The translations under genes and the position numbers were made by a program. From Zootoca vivipara (lineage: Eukaryota): a stretch of 64,000 nt of DNA. Of the stretch, positions 1-13,286 are shown piece by piece. Position 1 is the first letter of the stretch. Every line of letters begins with the position of its first letter. The stretch spans positions 128,340,001-128,404,000 of the forward strand of contig NC_083276.1 of NCBI RefSeq assembly GCF_963506605.1, given 5' to 3'. The notes under the pieces were generated by a model, which did not search any database, had not been told where the DNA came from, and saw only the letters and a program-made list of their open reading frames with translations.

Positions 1-2682
1 GACCGAGGCAGAGGGCAGTCAGTCCTTCCTTCCCCCTAACCAAAAATCCCTGAGCACTGAACCACTGCTTCCATCAGCCGCAAATTTGCACATTGCAGGG
101 AACATACTAAGATAATAACAACGCTAAGGTAAAATTGTTGCAGCCAGTTTATGGGCTACACGTGCATGCATTATACACAATTCCAGACCTATCAGAAGAT
201 TTTCAAATGCCAATATGCAAGAATGATGGCATGACTGGTCGAGCATGGAAAATGGCCCTTCACCAAAGCATTCTGAAGGCAAAAAGCCCCACACACCTTC
301 ATGCATATGAATTGAACACATGCAAACAATCTCACTTTATTTTGAGGTCTGGTGAAACATAGTGCCCAAGAGTGCCAGTCAAGACCAGGACAATGACAGG
401 GTATATCTGGCTCATGGGCCCATAAGGCAATTTTTAACCAGCCTTCCTTCATGCAAGTGACTTTGCTAAATGTGGCATGCAGAGGGTTGACTGCTTTCTG
501 ATCCAGCCCGTCAGATGAAAGTGGCTTCCTACCCCTAGACTAGGATCAAAGAGACCAAAACTTAAAACGCAGCTGCAAAGCTCATTTGGTGACGTTGGCC
601 CACTCACAGCCTCTCATTTGAACATATCTCATGGGGTTGTTGGGTGGGGGAGAACCACAAATGCCATCTTGGAGAAAAGGTGGGATACAAATGAAATAAT
701 AAGGCTGCAAAGTCCCTGGTTCAGTCCTCATGCCAGCCATGAACAGTCACATACAAACACTTCTGCAATATAGAAATACTGATTTTGGCCTCTGACAAGG
801 TGGGAGTCAGAGTCCAAATATATATATGGAAGGCGTTTTGTTCCCCACTCCTGGTCTATGGAATCACCGTGAAGTTTACTGTACTTAAACGTATATGAAG
901 TTGTTTGAATTCTCTAACACATTATATAAATTATGATTATGATTCCAAGCGTCCTATCTGGGTTTGTCGCAGACATTTGCCCGCATTCTCCCTACCCTGG
1001 AATTGTTTGCTTTTCTCTTACAGCTGCTTGACTTCCCACTTAAGTCTTTCCTATTGCAATGTGTGTGTGGGAATCGGAAGTTTAGCATCCAAACACTTGA
1101 GCAATAAGAAAAGCCATGTAAAAATAGTAAATGAACTATATAACAATTGGGTCCATAGGATGAGGTTGCCATGAACCAAACAGGGTGGGAACAAGCTTCC
1201 TTAATATGTTTATACAGCACAAACTATAATGGGATCCCTGCCTGAGCTAAGCATATATACCCATTTCCTATTGCAATGCTTAGGCTGCAATCCTCTGCGC
1301 TGTTACCTACCGTAAAAGCAGGCCCCAGTAAACTCAAGAGGTGATGCAAAGGATCGCACTATTAGGCTGCAATCTTATTGCAAGCTTAGTAGGAGGCAAC
1401 CCCAGTGGACTTCCTTCCGAGTAAAGGAGATTAGGAGCACGGTGCACACCCTAACCATGGCGTAATTACTAGCATTATTCTAGTCCTGCAATAGTTTCAA
1501 ATGGCTTCAGTCTCTCCTGAGCAATTTTATTACATTCCCTTAATGCATAGCATAGGTAAGGGCAATTGTTTTTACTTCGTATTCAAAGGATACCCTGCCA
1601 CCAAAACAAAACAAAACAAGACAGCAACCACCAAAACAACATTGCTGTATTAATAAAAAAAAGGGCTTTAAGATAAACTAATTCATGAAAGACAGGATTG
1701 CAATCAACAACTGGGAAAGATGCCTTGATGGTCCCTTTGAAACACTGGAGGTGATGCAATTCTTTGGCCACTTGGCATAGCACCATGGGCAGTTTTTGGG
1801 ATCTGACCACTGATGCAGAGAAGATCCTAGGTGCTGAAAAGGACCTCACAGCAAATGCACTTTGCTGGTGAGGTCAGAATCAGACACACTTATTCTGGTG
1901 GAAAGAGCTAAATGCAAATGGACAGAGTAAAACCTCTTCTCTTCCCAGGCCGAGTGAAGGCATCCGTTCCTGAAGGAAAAACTTTTCCCCTCCGTTTTTG
2001 TTTCTTTAATCTGCCCTCCTGACCCTGGTACACGGACAATCCATTTCCCCCCTTCCTCTTCTCCTTCTGCCACATCCCCAGGCCTGATATGGCTGCCCTG
2101 GCTTCTATCCGTGGTTGGAAAAATGCTAGCTGGCGCCCAAGATAAACTTTTCTAAAGCTACATTCTTCCTTACCCACTTCTGAGTGTCAGCTGTTTGTCT
2201 GGAAGCTTTTGCTGCAAAAGCTTTTAACAAGGAGGATAGGAAAGGGGGGGGAATGTAGAGTGCAATTCAAACAAAACCAACTCTGGCCCCAACAACCATC
2301 CCCCAAAAATCCCTGACACAAGAAAAAACAAAGAAAGAAATGGGGAAAGGATGGGGGGAACCTTCTCCCCAGGAAATCTTTCCAACAAACTCCTCTATCA
2401 GAGGTTCATTGTCAATCAATTAGTCAAAGCAGTGGGACTTAGTCGGTTGGGGGGCAGTTGGAGAGACAATGGGTCACTCCGCTGTATTACTATTTAATCA
2501 CTTTTACTAAATAAATAAAGCAGCCCTAAGGTGCTGTCATGTCAAGGGAATTTACAGCAAAACAAAAAACCCCAAAGAAAGAAAAAGCCTAATTTTTCCA
2601 TTACTTTTTCCTTCCCCTGAAGAACAAGAGAGGGTTATTACTGTAGCCTCAAGTCTCATCTTTGTGCAGCTCCTCTTTGATT

Positions 2683-2878
2683 NNNNNNNNNNNNNNNNNN
2701 NNNNNNNNNNNNNNNNNNNNNNNNNNNNNNNNNNNNNNNNNNNNNNNNNNNNNNNNNNNNNNNNNNNNNNNNNNNNNNNNNNNNNNNNNNNNNNNNNNNN
2801 NNNNNNNNNNNNNNNNNNNNNNNNNNNNNNNNNNNNNNNNNNNNNNNNNNNNNNNNNNNNNNNNNNNNNNNNNNNNNN
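2683..2878. other. Assembly gap (N run)
   Basis: 196 consecutive n bases. Confidence 0.99.
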
Positions 2879-3904
2879 CCACAAAGCTTGCCCCTCTTTT
2901 GCAGCTGTGGGGGAATTAGATGAGGGTAGGGGGGTGGAAAGAATGGAAGGGTGGGCCTGATGCCTACAAGATGCAATTACCAGCAGTATTCCTATTCAGT
3001 TAAACAGCCACCCCGCAAAGTTAAGACAGCAGACATCTTTCCAAGTGGGAAAAGACAAATGGCTACCTTCAACAAGGACTTTCAACAGACAAGCCTGGTT
3101 CAGCCCAGTTTCCATAGCACGGCCTTTCCACTCCTTAGTTTTAATGCATTTATTATGTCGTTAAATTAAAATAAATGAATAATAACAATGCATCTTTTTG
3201 TTCTTCCCTTCAGGAACCCCAGGGCTCTTTTCATGGGATTATGTGATCCATCTAGATGTTGCAAGATTGCACGTGCACACCTCAATCCATACCCAAGTTC
3301 ACCTTTCCTGGGGAGAAATTTCGGTGTGAGCTAGGAAATCACAGTTAACTTTAACAGTGCATGAACCTCTATAAGCTTCCCCAGCTGGTAGTTTTTTCTG
3401 AGGCACGGATCCTGCCAGAATGGCTCAGTAAAAACAGTAAGGTGCACTCGCAGGGCCACCTTTCAGCCAATGCACAGCTGGAAACCACTAGCATAATTTG
3501 CTAGTGCAATGCTGCATACAGAAAACTGGTTTTGAGCATACAAGGCCCAGGTTAAAAGCCCTGCTCAATGACAAAACTTACCGGATCGCCTTGAGCTACT
3601 CACTAGATCTCAGGTCACAAATAGAGGTCCCTGGACAGTTTCTGTTCAGAATGTGCCCATGCCCCGGATGAAGAAGGCTACAAGGCTTCTCTACAACCTT
3701 CTGCTGCGACCTGGATGGCAAAACACCGGGACCCTGCCCCCACCTACATCACCTCCAAAGTGAGGTGAGACTGGAGAGAGAAAGGGCTACAAGAGGGCTG
3801 CTGAAACACTAGTGAGCAACCTGGTTCCACAGATGCAACCGACAGTGTCCAGCTTCAATATTTGCTAACATTTTGCCTTGCCTTCACTGGCTGCAATTGT
3901 GTTT

Positions 3905-4298
3905 ATCCAATACCTCAAGGGCCATTGCTCCCCATATGAACTGACCCGGACCCTGCAATCATCATCTGATGCCTTTCTTCGTGTGCCTCCTCCACAAGAG
4001 GTCTGGAGGGTGGCAACATGAGAAAGGGCCTTTTCTGCAGTGGCTCCCTGTTTGTAGAATGCGCTCCCCAGGGAGGCTCACTTGGTACGTTCACTGCGTA
4101 TCTTTAATCGCCAGGCTTTAACGTTTCTCTTTAACATACTATGGCTTTTTAAAGCTGTTTGTAGGAGCAGGGTTATTGGGTTTGTTTTTGTTCTTGGCTT
4201 TATTATTTATTTTGTGTTCTCATTTTGTATCTTTATGTTGTGAACCGCCCCATGATCTTTGGATGGAGGGCAGTATGCTAATTTAATAATAAATAAAT
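3905..4298 (+). mobile_element. L2-type LINE, 3' end fragment
   Basis: Typical squamate L2 3' sequence (agggccttttctgcagtggctccc...tccccagggag...tgttgtgaaccgccc...agggcagtat) ending in an aataataaataaat tail. Boundaries approximate. Confidence 0.6.
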
Positions 4299-5451
4299 GT
4301 GCTCCTGCTTTCACACTGACCTTCTTCATAGGAGGACTTAGGGAAAGCTCCACTAGGAATTTGCCTGAACTCCTTCTGCTCTCCCAGATGAGAGCAAAGG
4401 CAGCTGATCTTCCACCCACTTTCAATATGAATGGGGAGAAAGTGAATCGGGAGTAATAACTGTGGCTTAAGGGAAAAGGTTTTTTTGTTTTTGCAGAGAA
4501 GTCACCAGAAATGGAATATTGGGTGTGATGCAATAAAGGGGAAACAAACACAGTGAGCAGCCTCTCTCAAACTGTTTGGGACTACAACTCCCATCAGTCA
4601 GCATGGGATGGGAGTTGTAGTCTAAGTGTCCGGGTGTTGCTAAACTGAGGAAGGCAGGGAGAGAGAAAATGGCTGGTTTATTTTAAAGCTAAATGTTCCA
4701 TTTTTAAAAGAATAATGATTATTATTTACAGAACAAGCACATCAGTCTCACACTTCTATAGGATCTGTATAAATAACCAAATAAGACATTCGGCCTGCCA
4801 GAAAGAGGAAACCCACATTTCACCAGCCAAATACTTCCCAAATACTACATAACACCACTTTTCAATTAAAATCCGTGAAATATAGTTGTATTTCCGGGCT
4901 TTGACCCTAAACGTACTAATGCCAAATAGCTAAATCTCTCCTTAACATGCAGGAACAGAATGATGGCAATAAAAGGATTTTTTTTAAAAAAAAAAAACAA
5001 CTTTCAAAACAAGGATGGCTGACTAAAAATATAAAGACAATTTGCTGTCACTGCCCCCTGCTGGAAAGACTAATTGCTGCATTCCTGGGCATCAGCAATC
5101 AGGTGTGTTACTGCCACAAGATCCCTTCCAAAACCTTTCTCCAGCACGCGACCCTGTTCAGGAGCAGGGGAGGCACAGATAAGGATAGGCTGTGCCCAGT
5201 GGGGCTTAAATTTTTATTATTTATTAAATTTGAATACTGCTCTTCATCCGAAGTTCACAGTGTGGTTTGCAATATAAAAATACAAAATGAAAACACAACG
5301 TGATGATGACCTCCAACGGAGAAGCATGGCCCATGCTTCTCTGTTGGAGAAATAAGTTCTCTCTATGGAGGCACCTTATTTAGGCAGCCAGGTTGCCCAG
5401 CCTGTTCCCCAAGTCTCCACTTGGATTCCTGCTGGTGCAAATCAGGACCTA

Positions 5452-6195
5452 CGTATTTTTTGTTCCATAAGACACACTTTTTTCCTCCTTAAAAGTAAGA
5501 GGAAATATCTGTGCGTCTTATGGAGCGAATGCGTGATCCCTGGAGCTGAATTGCCCAGGGGCTAAAGGCAGATGGTGCTTTTTTGTTTTTAAAGAAAGAG
5601 CTCAAGGCTAACAAGAGGGAATGAGCTGAAAGGAACCCACTCAGCAGCTGATTGCAAGAGATGGGGAGGGAGATAAGAGAGCTAGCTCCCTTCCCGGCCC
5701 CTTGCCTAGGCCTCAATTGTTGTCTGCAGAGGGAGACATGTGACTAGCTGATTAGATTATCTGTCAGGAAACTGTAGAAATTGGTCCCTTTCCTTTCCTA
5801 TAGAAGAAGCTGCAGAACTGTGAGTTGAACCCCATAAAAACAGGATTTTTTCCCTTTGCAAGGAAACTCAGCAACTTTGAGCTGATCCTAAAAAATGGAG
5901 CTTTCCCCCCTTTGCAAAAAAAACCTGCACAACTCTGAGCTGACACCCCCCCCCCATGGGGCTTTTCCCATTTGCAAAAAAGGCTGCACAACTTTGAGCT
6001 GATCCTTAAAAAAATGGAGCTTTCCCCCTTTGCAAAATAAGCTTCCTCAAATATTTAATGGGCACCTAGGCCTCTAGGAGTTGGCTGCTATGCCTAGGAC
6101 AATTCAAGAAAGCAAAATATTTTTTTCTTGTTTTCCTCCTCTAAAAACTAGGTGCGTTCTATGGTCAGGTGCGTCCTATGGCGCAAAAATTATGG
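5452..6195. mobile_element. Non-autonomous Tc1/mariner-type DNA transposon with an internal ~58-bp tandem repeat
   Basis: Imperfect terminal inverted repeats (cgtatttttgttccataagacac / gtgcgtcctatggcgcaaaaattatgg), TA on the left flank, and repeated units resembling gctttccccctttgcaaaa...caactttgagctga at ~5800-6040. Confidence 0.6.
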
Positions 6196-6433
6196 TGCTT
6201 AAAGAACCAGGTGCCAGCAGAAGTCTTGTAAGCCCTGGCAGCTCATCACAAGCGCATGCATTCGTGAACCATGTCAGCACAGCTAAGGACACACAGAAAG
6301 ATCGCCCAAGTCATAGAAATTGCAACAGAAAGCTGTGCAAAACGCAGCAGAAAGCCCTTATACCTTGGGAAAGCATGTCAAGTAGTAAAGGCAGGCAGAA
6401 CAAGTACAAAACGTCCGATATTTATTTGCTTAC

Positions 6434-7360
6434 CTGCACACTTGAAACTCTGGGCAGTCAGTCCTCTTTCCAACGACAAGGTAGTCAGGATGCTCAGAAA
6501 GCTGGTGGTTACCGACTGGCGTTTGATCTTCCTATGCTCTTTTCCGCACAACAGGCCTTGGGTTTTGTTTCTGAGCGTCACTTGCAGATTCTGACCCAAG
6601 CTCCTGGTTGCATTGGCGGCAGACTTCAAGGCCTCCATCCATTCCTGAGCTCTTTGACGGGTTTCTGCCCGCAGACGAAGCACATCTTGAGGAAAGATAA
6701 CCTGAAAGCAAGAGTCACAATCATCCAGAATATCAGTCTGGACAGACAGGCACACGTCAATGTTGTAGCTCAACAGAGGGTCTTCGTCAAGCCCACCGGT
6801 CTGAAACGCCATGAGGAGAGACCGGCTGAGTACAAAATGGAATGCTTTCCAGTTATTCTGGAGCGTCAGTCTGTAAAGAGTCCCTGATTTGAGAATGTTT
6901 TGGTAGTCCTTGATGTTTTGGGTCAACGATGCCGACTGGAAAAATTGGGTAGGTTCCTTCTGTAAACCACGATTTTGGATGATGCCGCTCTCATCGTTGT
7001 CTAATTTCTGCGAGCGCCCCAGATCTCCCTGGGGCCTCATGAAAGATGGCACTGAGGAATGAACAGCTTCCCAAAGTTTCTGCCCCCAGTCCAAGGCCTC
7101 CCATGGAGACTCTGCCTTAAGCTGCAGGTGCGAGTTATTGAACAGCACTGCATCAACCACATTCGTTTCCACGTTGATGCTTTGGAAATGCAAAAGCAGG
7201 TAGACAGTAGGAAGGTTCTGGTTCCCACTGTTGTCAAGCCAATACAGGTACAGTTTGTATGGAGTGAGTTCTGCGCAGCACGTCTGCCAATAGCTGTCAT
7301 GGTTGTTCTTAATTTCCAAGTATCCTTTCTTCAGGATATTTGAGAACGTCGGCTTGTGTT
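6434..7360 (-). CDS. PLEKHM3: PLEKHM3 second coding exon (927 nt, two PH domains)
   Basis: Acceptor ctgctag| before 7360, donor |gtaagc after 6434, phase 1 at both ends. Translates (E)[25 protein letters not shown]...[19 protein letters not shown]...[19 protein letters not shown]...[29 protein letters not shown], recognisable as PLEKHM3. Confidence 0.96.
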
Positions 7361-8510
7361 CTAGCAGAGAGTTGGAAAAAATGTTAACTACAAATATTTT
7401 AAACTTCTCTTTTGCAGTTTCTCAAACAGTGGGCCTCAGGTCACTTTCAAGTGGGACTCAGGGCCACAGCCCAGCCAGGGCCTTCTCACTCTCCTGCCAT
7501 GTCCACTTACCATGCTCTAGTCTTCTGGTTGGACCAATGGCACTTCCAGCATACCTCCCCATGCAAAATTAAGATGACAGGAAGAAGAGAGAAGGGAGAT
7601 TTCCCCCAGTGTTATCAGACAGCAACAGCAAGAACTGAAATGTGCCCACTGGTCCAACAAGGTTGGCAACCCATCTGCTAGGGGTTCTTTAGCTGCAATC
7701 CCTGCATTGCAGGGGGTTGGACTAGATGTCCCTTCTAACTCTAGCTATATGATTCTTTGTCATACGATTGTAACCCATCCTGGGAACTTACGCTGAAGGG
7801 CAACTAAGAAATCTAATAAATGAGTAATTGTCATCTGCACAACAGTTTTTCAAGTTTGCAGATGGGTCCATTGGCCCAAAAAGATTGGCAACCCCTGATC
7901 AAATCACTCTGGAAGTTAGTTTTCAAATACAATGAACAAACAATAGGATTTGAGGTGTCAATGAAATGTTTCCTTTGACTACGTGGAAACTATTGTCAAA
8001 AATTCAGATTTAGAGTCTTCTGATGGCAACAAAGATGTCTGTTGCATTTTGTTGGGAAAGGGACCCACACCAGCACCCCAAACTGGCGAAATGGCTCCAC
8101 TACATTCGGGTCAGAGTTATGATGATTCAAGTGATTTAATCAGATGTACATTCATGAAAATAGGGTGACTGAAAACTGCAAGTGGAGGAACTTGGCTTGT
8201 AGCTTTGTCAGTTTCTGCCCACTGGGGAGTCAAAGCACTTAACTGGACTAGGACAATAGAGACTAACAATTCAAAATAATCATTCCTTTTTACTGAGCCG
8301 TAAAAACTCAGGAGTTGATTTCAAGAATCTGAACATTATTGGCAGCCATCTACATGACACATAGGTGCTTTTAGGAAATTAAGTGAATCTAACAGCAAAG
8401 AGTATGACAGATTTACAGGATTTCAACCTTAAGTTGTCATAGCAGGCGAGAAAGGTGAGAAACTCTGAAGAAACAATAACTGAAATTTCTTTGGTTACAT
8501 CATGAGTAGG

Positions 8511-8888
8511 TAGGGCTGAGTGATATCTGGTTTTCAATATTGCAATGTATCACCAGCTAAACACTGCAATATACTGATACATCACAATGTCTGAAATGAT
8601 GGAACTATGTAGAGGCGAACAGTAGGGCTGGGCGATAACTGCTTTTCAACATTGTGATATGTCACCAGCTAAACATCACAATATAATGATATATCACCAT
8701 GTACGAAATAAGGATGGAACTACCGGTATGTAGAGGTATTGGCTGGTTTTCCCCACATTGCGATTTTTGCATAGCACATGCACATACACACATCACGATT
8801 TGCAATATATTGCCAGGTCAAAAGTTATGAAACCGATATCACAATATGGACTTCAAACCGGTTTTGGACGATATATCACCCAGCCCTA
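8511..8888. mobile_element. Non-autonomous hAT-like element with a duplicated 5' end; related inverted fragment at ~9157-9535
   Basis: TIRs tagggctg / cagcccta, many gatatatc/cgatat subterminal motifs, second tagggctgggcgata start near 8623. Confidence 0.55.
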
Positions 8889-10241
8889 GCAGGAGTTCCA
8901 TTTTAGTTCTGCATAACTTGCTTCTCCTGCACATACCTGACATCACAGAATGAAGTGAATCCCTCCCGGTGGCTCTACTCCCTCTTCTCTCTCGCAAAGG
9001 CCTAGCACCCATGTTCAGGGACTATGTGCTCCCACTGGTTTCTCCTCCCTTCTCTTTTGTGTGCTGTGCTTCAAAACAGCGGTTTAAAGAGCGCAAAGGG
9101 ATTTGATCCCTGCCTATAGGGATGCCTGGGGATCTGCAGGGCTGGCTATGCCAGTGGTGGGCTGGGCAATGTATCGATACATCGCCCAAAATTGGTTTGA
9201 AGCCCACATCATGGTAACGGTTTCGTAATATTCAACATGGTGATATATTGTGAATCATGATGTGTGTGTGGGCTATGTAAAAAAATGTGGGGAAAACCAT
9301 GAAGCCAGTTGTTGCTTCTCTTATGATTCCTGCTGCCCCTGTTGTACTATAAAATAACAGATGTAACAATATGTTAAAGATGAGTAAAAATGCATCAGTT
9401 TTAGAACCCTAAGTTGCCAGGACATTACCCCGTTTGTCTCTGCATTGTTGCATCCTTATTTCAGACACTTTGATATATCAGTATATCATGATGTTTAGTG
9501 GGTGATATACAGTATCGTGATGTTGAAATTCAGACAAAGGAGGGGGTGCTATGGCACTGCCTTGCACGCTGAGTGTGCAGTGACACAGAGTTTTTCGAGA
9601 TGCGTTGCCGCCATTGCGAGTTCATTGGCTCCCTCCACATTTGGGTGTTGCCATTGATAAAGAATTTCTGATTGGTGGGGAATGGCAAAACTTCCAGGGG
9701 TGCTGGGGGGAGTGCCAGTCACTTTTGCATTTCCTGGATATGTATGTGTCTCCCTCCCAGGCTGAGAATGCATCAGATTTGGTGCTTGTGTAGTAACAAT
9801 GCATCTTCATGCCTGCCATAACGCAAGTGCATAACATCCAAAACACAGCTTCCAAAAAGGAGCTTTATTTCACATAAACTGCTGGGGGGGGGGAATAATT
9901 AAATTCAATCTAAACTGGAAAAAGAAAAGGTCTTTAAAAAAAAAGGTGTTGATAAGGCAAGGGTATAAGGAAGAAACCAATTTGATTTGCCTTCCCTCTC
10001 TGGTCCTATCCCTTTGTAGTACTGATCATGTGTATATATTCCACATTTATCTTCCCTTTCTGTTAATCATCCAATAAGAGAAACACAGCTACTGCAGACC
10101 CAAAGTGAAACTTCAGCCCATTGTTCCTGTTTCCATCAAGCACAGGTGACTCTTCTAAGCTTCTCCCACGTTTTTATGCCACACTCACCACTGTTTTCCC
10201 TCCCTCCTGCCTTTAGCTACCACACAGACTTGCTTGTCTTT

Positions 10242-10244
<3 letters not shown>

Positions 10245-10298
<54 letters not shown>
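10245..10298. repeat. (GA)n microsatellite
   Basis: Directly visible. Confidence 0.97.
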
Positions 10299-10304
<6 letters not shown>

Positions 10305-12697
10305 TGTCTCTCCTCCCCATCTTTCACAGCCAGACAGCCTCTCTGCCAGCTTTTTCTCTCCAGCTCCTGTGATCTGGCTTCATCCGCTCCCACTTAAACT
10401 GGGACAATGACAGTGGACGGCTTGATTAAAATTCAAATGCAGCAGACCCTTCTGGTTTGAGAAGTGGCTGGCTCCTGACATAGACAGGCGGAATCACAGC
10501 TGCCCCCCCCAATCTCTCACTCTGGTTCCTTCCCTCCTGCCACCTCACCTTCTTGGTGTACAAAAGCTGCATAATACCTTTCCGCTGAGTGCTTTCTGTC
10601 CACCCTCTAAAATAGAAGCACCATTTCTCTTCACTCTTTCCCCAAACAAGGAAATTAAATCAAGGCAGAGCGAATCAGAGCCCATCATAGTAAATAGGAG
10701 ATAATCACACCAAATAGCCTACATCTGGGGTGCCTTCCTTTTTTCTAAAAAAAATGTAATTTCTTGAGAAATAAGGACCAAAAGAAGAAAACAGCGAAGA
10801 AAACAACCTGCTGAGAGCCGTATAAGATTCCTCTTATCTACAGATTATATCCCTTTTCTTGCTGTATTAGGTCTCATTACAATCTTTTTTTGCATACGCT
10901 GTGTTTCAAAAACGGTTGCTCACAGAGGCCAACATTTCTCTCCTTTTGTGCTCAAATAGTCTCCCCGGGTACTAGAAGAAGAAAAATTTGAAAGTGGCAT
11001 GAGCAAAACCTGGGATGTTTATCACGGATACATAATCTTGTATTGGTGGTCTAGTCTGCAAACAATAGAAGAACTGTCTGATGGAATCAGCCCCAAAATC
11101 CATCTAGTACAGCCTTGTAAGGGATCCCACAAAAGATACCTGCAAAAGAAGGATAAAAATGCAGCTAGCCTGTCTAGGACTGGCAGCTGTGGGAACTGAG
11201 AGCTCCAGCCCCCTGCAAAACTGCCCCGTCCCTGCTGAGCAGAGAGGAAAGGACTTTGCCCCTCAGGCAGCCGGCTTGGTTTCTATACTGGGTGCCAAGG
11301 ATGGATGGAGAGCACCGTGTTGGCATGCAGTCCCTTGTTGCCCATGGCTATCAGGTGAGTGCTTCAATATAAGGCTGAACAGGTGCCTTGAAGAAGCTTG
11401 CACACATGGCATGGAGGGGCATCCATGATTCTTCATTGGCTTCCCATCCCCAGTGGCAGACTGCCTTGTAATGCAGATGTTTCATTTAGCTCTTATGCCT
11501 AATCTCCATTGATAGGCCTGTCTTCCATGAATCGTCTGCCTTGGTCAGGCCATCCCTGGAGTACTGCTGTGTTCAGATCTACGGAATTCTCTCCCTTCAA
11601 AGGCGCTCATCATATCCAACCTACACTTTGGATTTTTAAACTGGTTTTTAAAAAAACAACATCTTTTCCAAGTCGCCCTTTCCTAGTGGCCTCTTCCATG
11701 TTACAAAATATACAGTTGGGCCGCCACTTAGGCAAGGGTTCGGTTCTAGGGGCACATGTGCCAAGGCAAAATCACACAATATCAGGAACCCCCAGAACCA
11801 GAAACCACCACACACACACACACACACACTCCCAGAGGCCCCCCCCCCAAAAGCCTGGCAAGTGAAGCACCCCTGGGAGCATTCCAGAGACCTCTTGCAA
11901 CCTTCCAGATCCCAGTAAGCAAGGAAAACCCACTGGGTGCATAGGTGGGGGGGGGGATAAATAAATGGAGAGTGGGTAACGTGAATTTCTCCTGCTCTCC
12001 ATTTATTTATTTAACACCCCCCCCACATATATATAAGGTTGCGATCGCATATGTAAAATGAGCAAAGGTTGCAGCCCCACTGTAGTATGATTTCCTCTTT
12101 TAGCAGCCTTTCTACTAAAAAACCCCCCAACGCTTGGCCTTTCTATAATTGATAATGCTTTCACCTTTATTAATTTTTATTATTTTAGGTCACTGCGTTT
12201 ACAGTGCTTTCCTTACACTGTGATGCACCTTGGGCCAAATATAAATAATTTGATAAATTAAAGTGCTAAAAACTAGCCATAGTGTCAGGACTGCACAGGC
12301 TGACCATCCTGGGATTCAAAGTCACTACCTTTGTCCTCATAGAAAGAACCAGCAACTAGAGCATCTTCCAGTTTCTCTCCCTTACTTCCAGATACTGTAG
12401 TGAGCTGGGTAGCATAATTTAGACAGGCTGCAGAATCAAAGTCTTCTACTGCCAAATGTGTCACAGAAATATTTATATTTACAACCGTAACTCAAGTTGT
12501 GTTCCTTTGCTTTTAAGGTTGAGACAATCTTTGCAACCCATGGTGGGAGCTGAGAACTGAATTTTCGAGGTTCACAGCTCCAAATCCAACCTGGGATTGT
12601 GTTGTCTCACCGAACCTGTCACTTTCCGCTTTCAATAAGAGATAGGCACTAAAAGAAGAAGAAGGAAGCCTGGTGCAGCAAAGTATCAAGCACTCAC

Positions 12698-13286
12698 CAG
12701 AATTCCCTTGAATGTCCTCTCCCTTTTCAAATCCAGTTGGTGCAAATGAAAGTTTAGGACATCGATTGTCTTGATTAGACGGCTGCTGTGAAGAGGCATC
12801 AGCTAAGATGACACCCCAGTCTATGTGGCTGACGTCTGAGCGTGACCGGTTGTGGCCTGGCTTGAAAGTGGCCGTTTCCTCACTCTGCACTATAATATCG
12901 TTCACAGAACGGGGCCGACCCCGCCTCCTCTGGCAGATGTTAAAAGCCGAGGCCTCCCCCCATTCCACCCAAGAGAGGTTGTCTGGAACCATTCCCCTTT
13001 GTACTCCAAACTGTTCTTTGGCAGGAATTGCAGTCTGCACTTTGGTTTCCAAGAGTCCGTTTTTGCAGTGCTCCCAAACGAGGTTGGTCTTCCCCAAAGT
13101 GATGTTCCTCAGGTCTCCGCAGGCTGCAATCCTATTAAACACCTCGTGGCCGACCAGCTCAGGGACTTCCTGGACCCCAAAAACCTCTGGTGGGTGAACA
13201 TTCTCTTGTTTAGCATCAAAGGTGCTAAAGAAATCTTCCGTCACTTCCAAGGCTGGACTGATGTCATCGACCTCCAATGCCTCCAT
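12698..13286 (-). CDS. PLEKHM3: PLEKHM3 first coding exon (589 coding nt); 5' UTR portion probably extends to 13585
   Basis: ATG at 13286 gives MEALEVDDISPALEVTEDFF...RPRSVND...GHNRSRSD, the PLEKHM3 N-terminus. Donor |gtgagt after 12698 is phase 1 and matches the next exon. Candidate acceptor ttttacag| before 13585. Confidence 0.96.

Noticed and set aside
2552-2976. ORFs containing X runs
   Set aside because: Artefacts of the assembly gap.
5800-6040. Regularly spaced repeats superficially like a CRISPR array
   Set aside because: Eukaryotic DNA; degenerate tandem units without unique spacers inside a DNA transposon.
6081-6887. 268-aa plus-strand ORF
   Set aside because: Antisense shadow of the PLEKHM3 exon extended into a MITE; non-ATG start and no recognisable domain.
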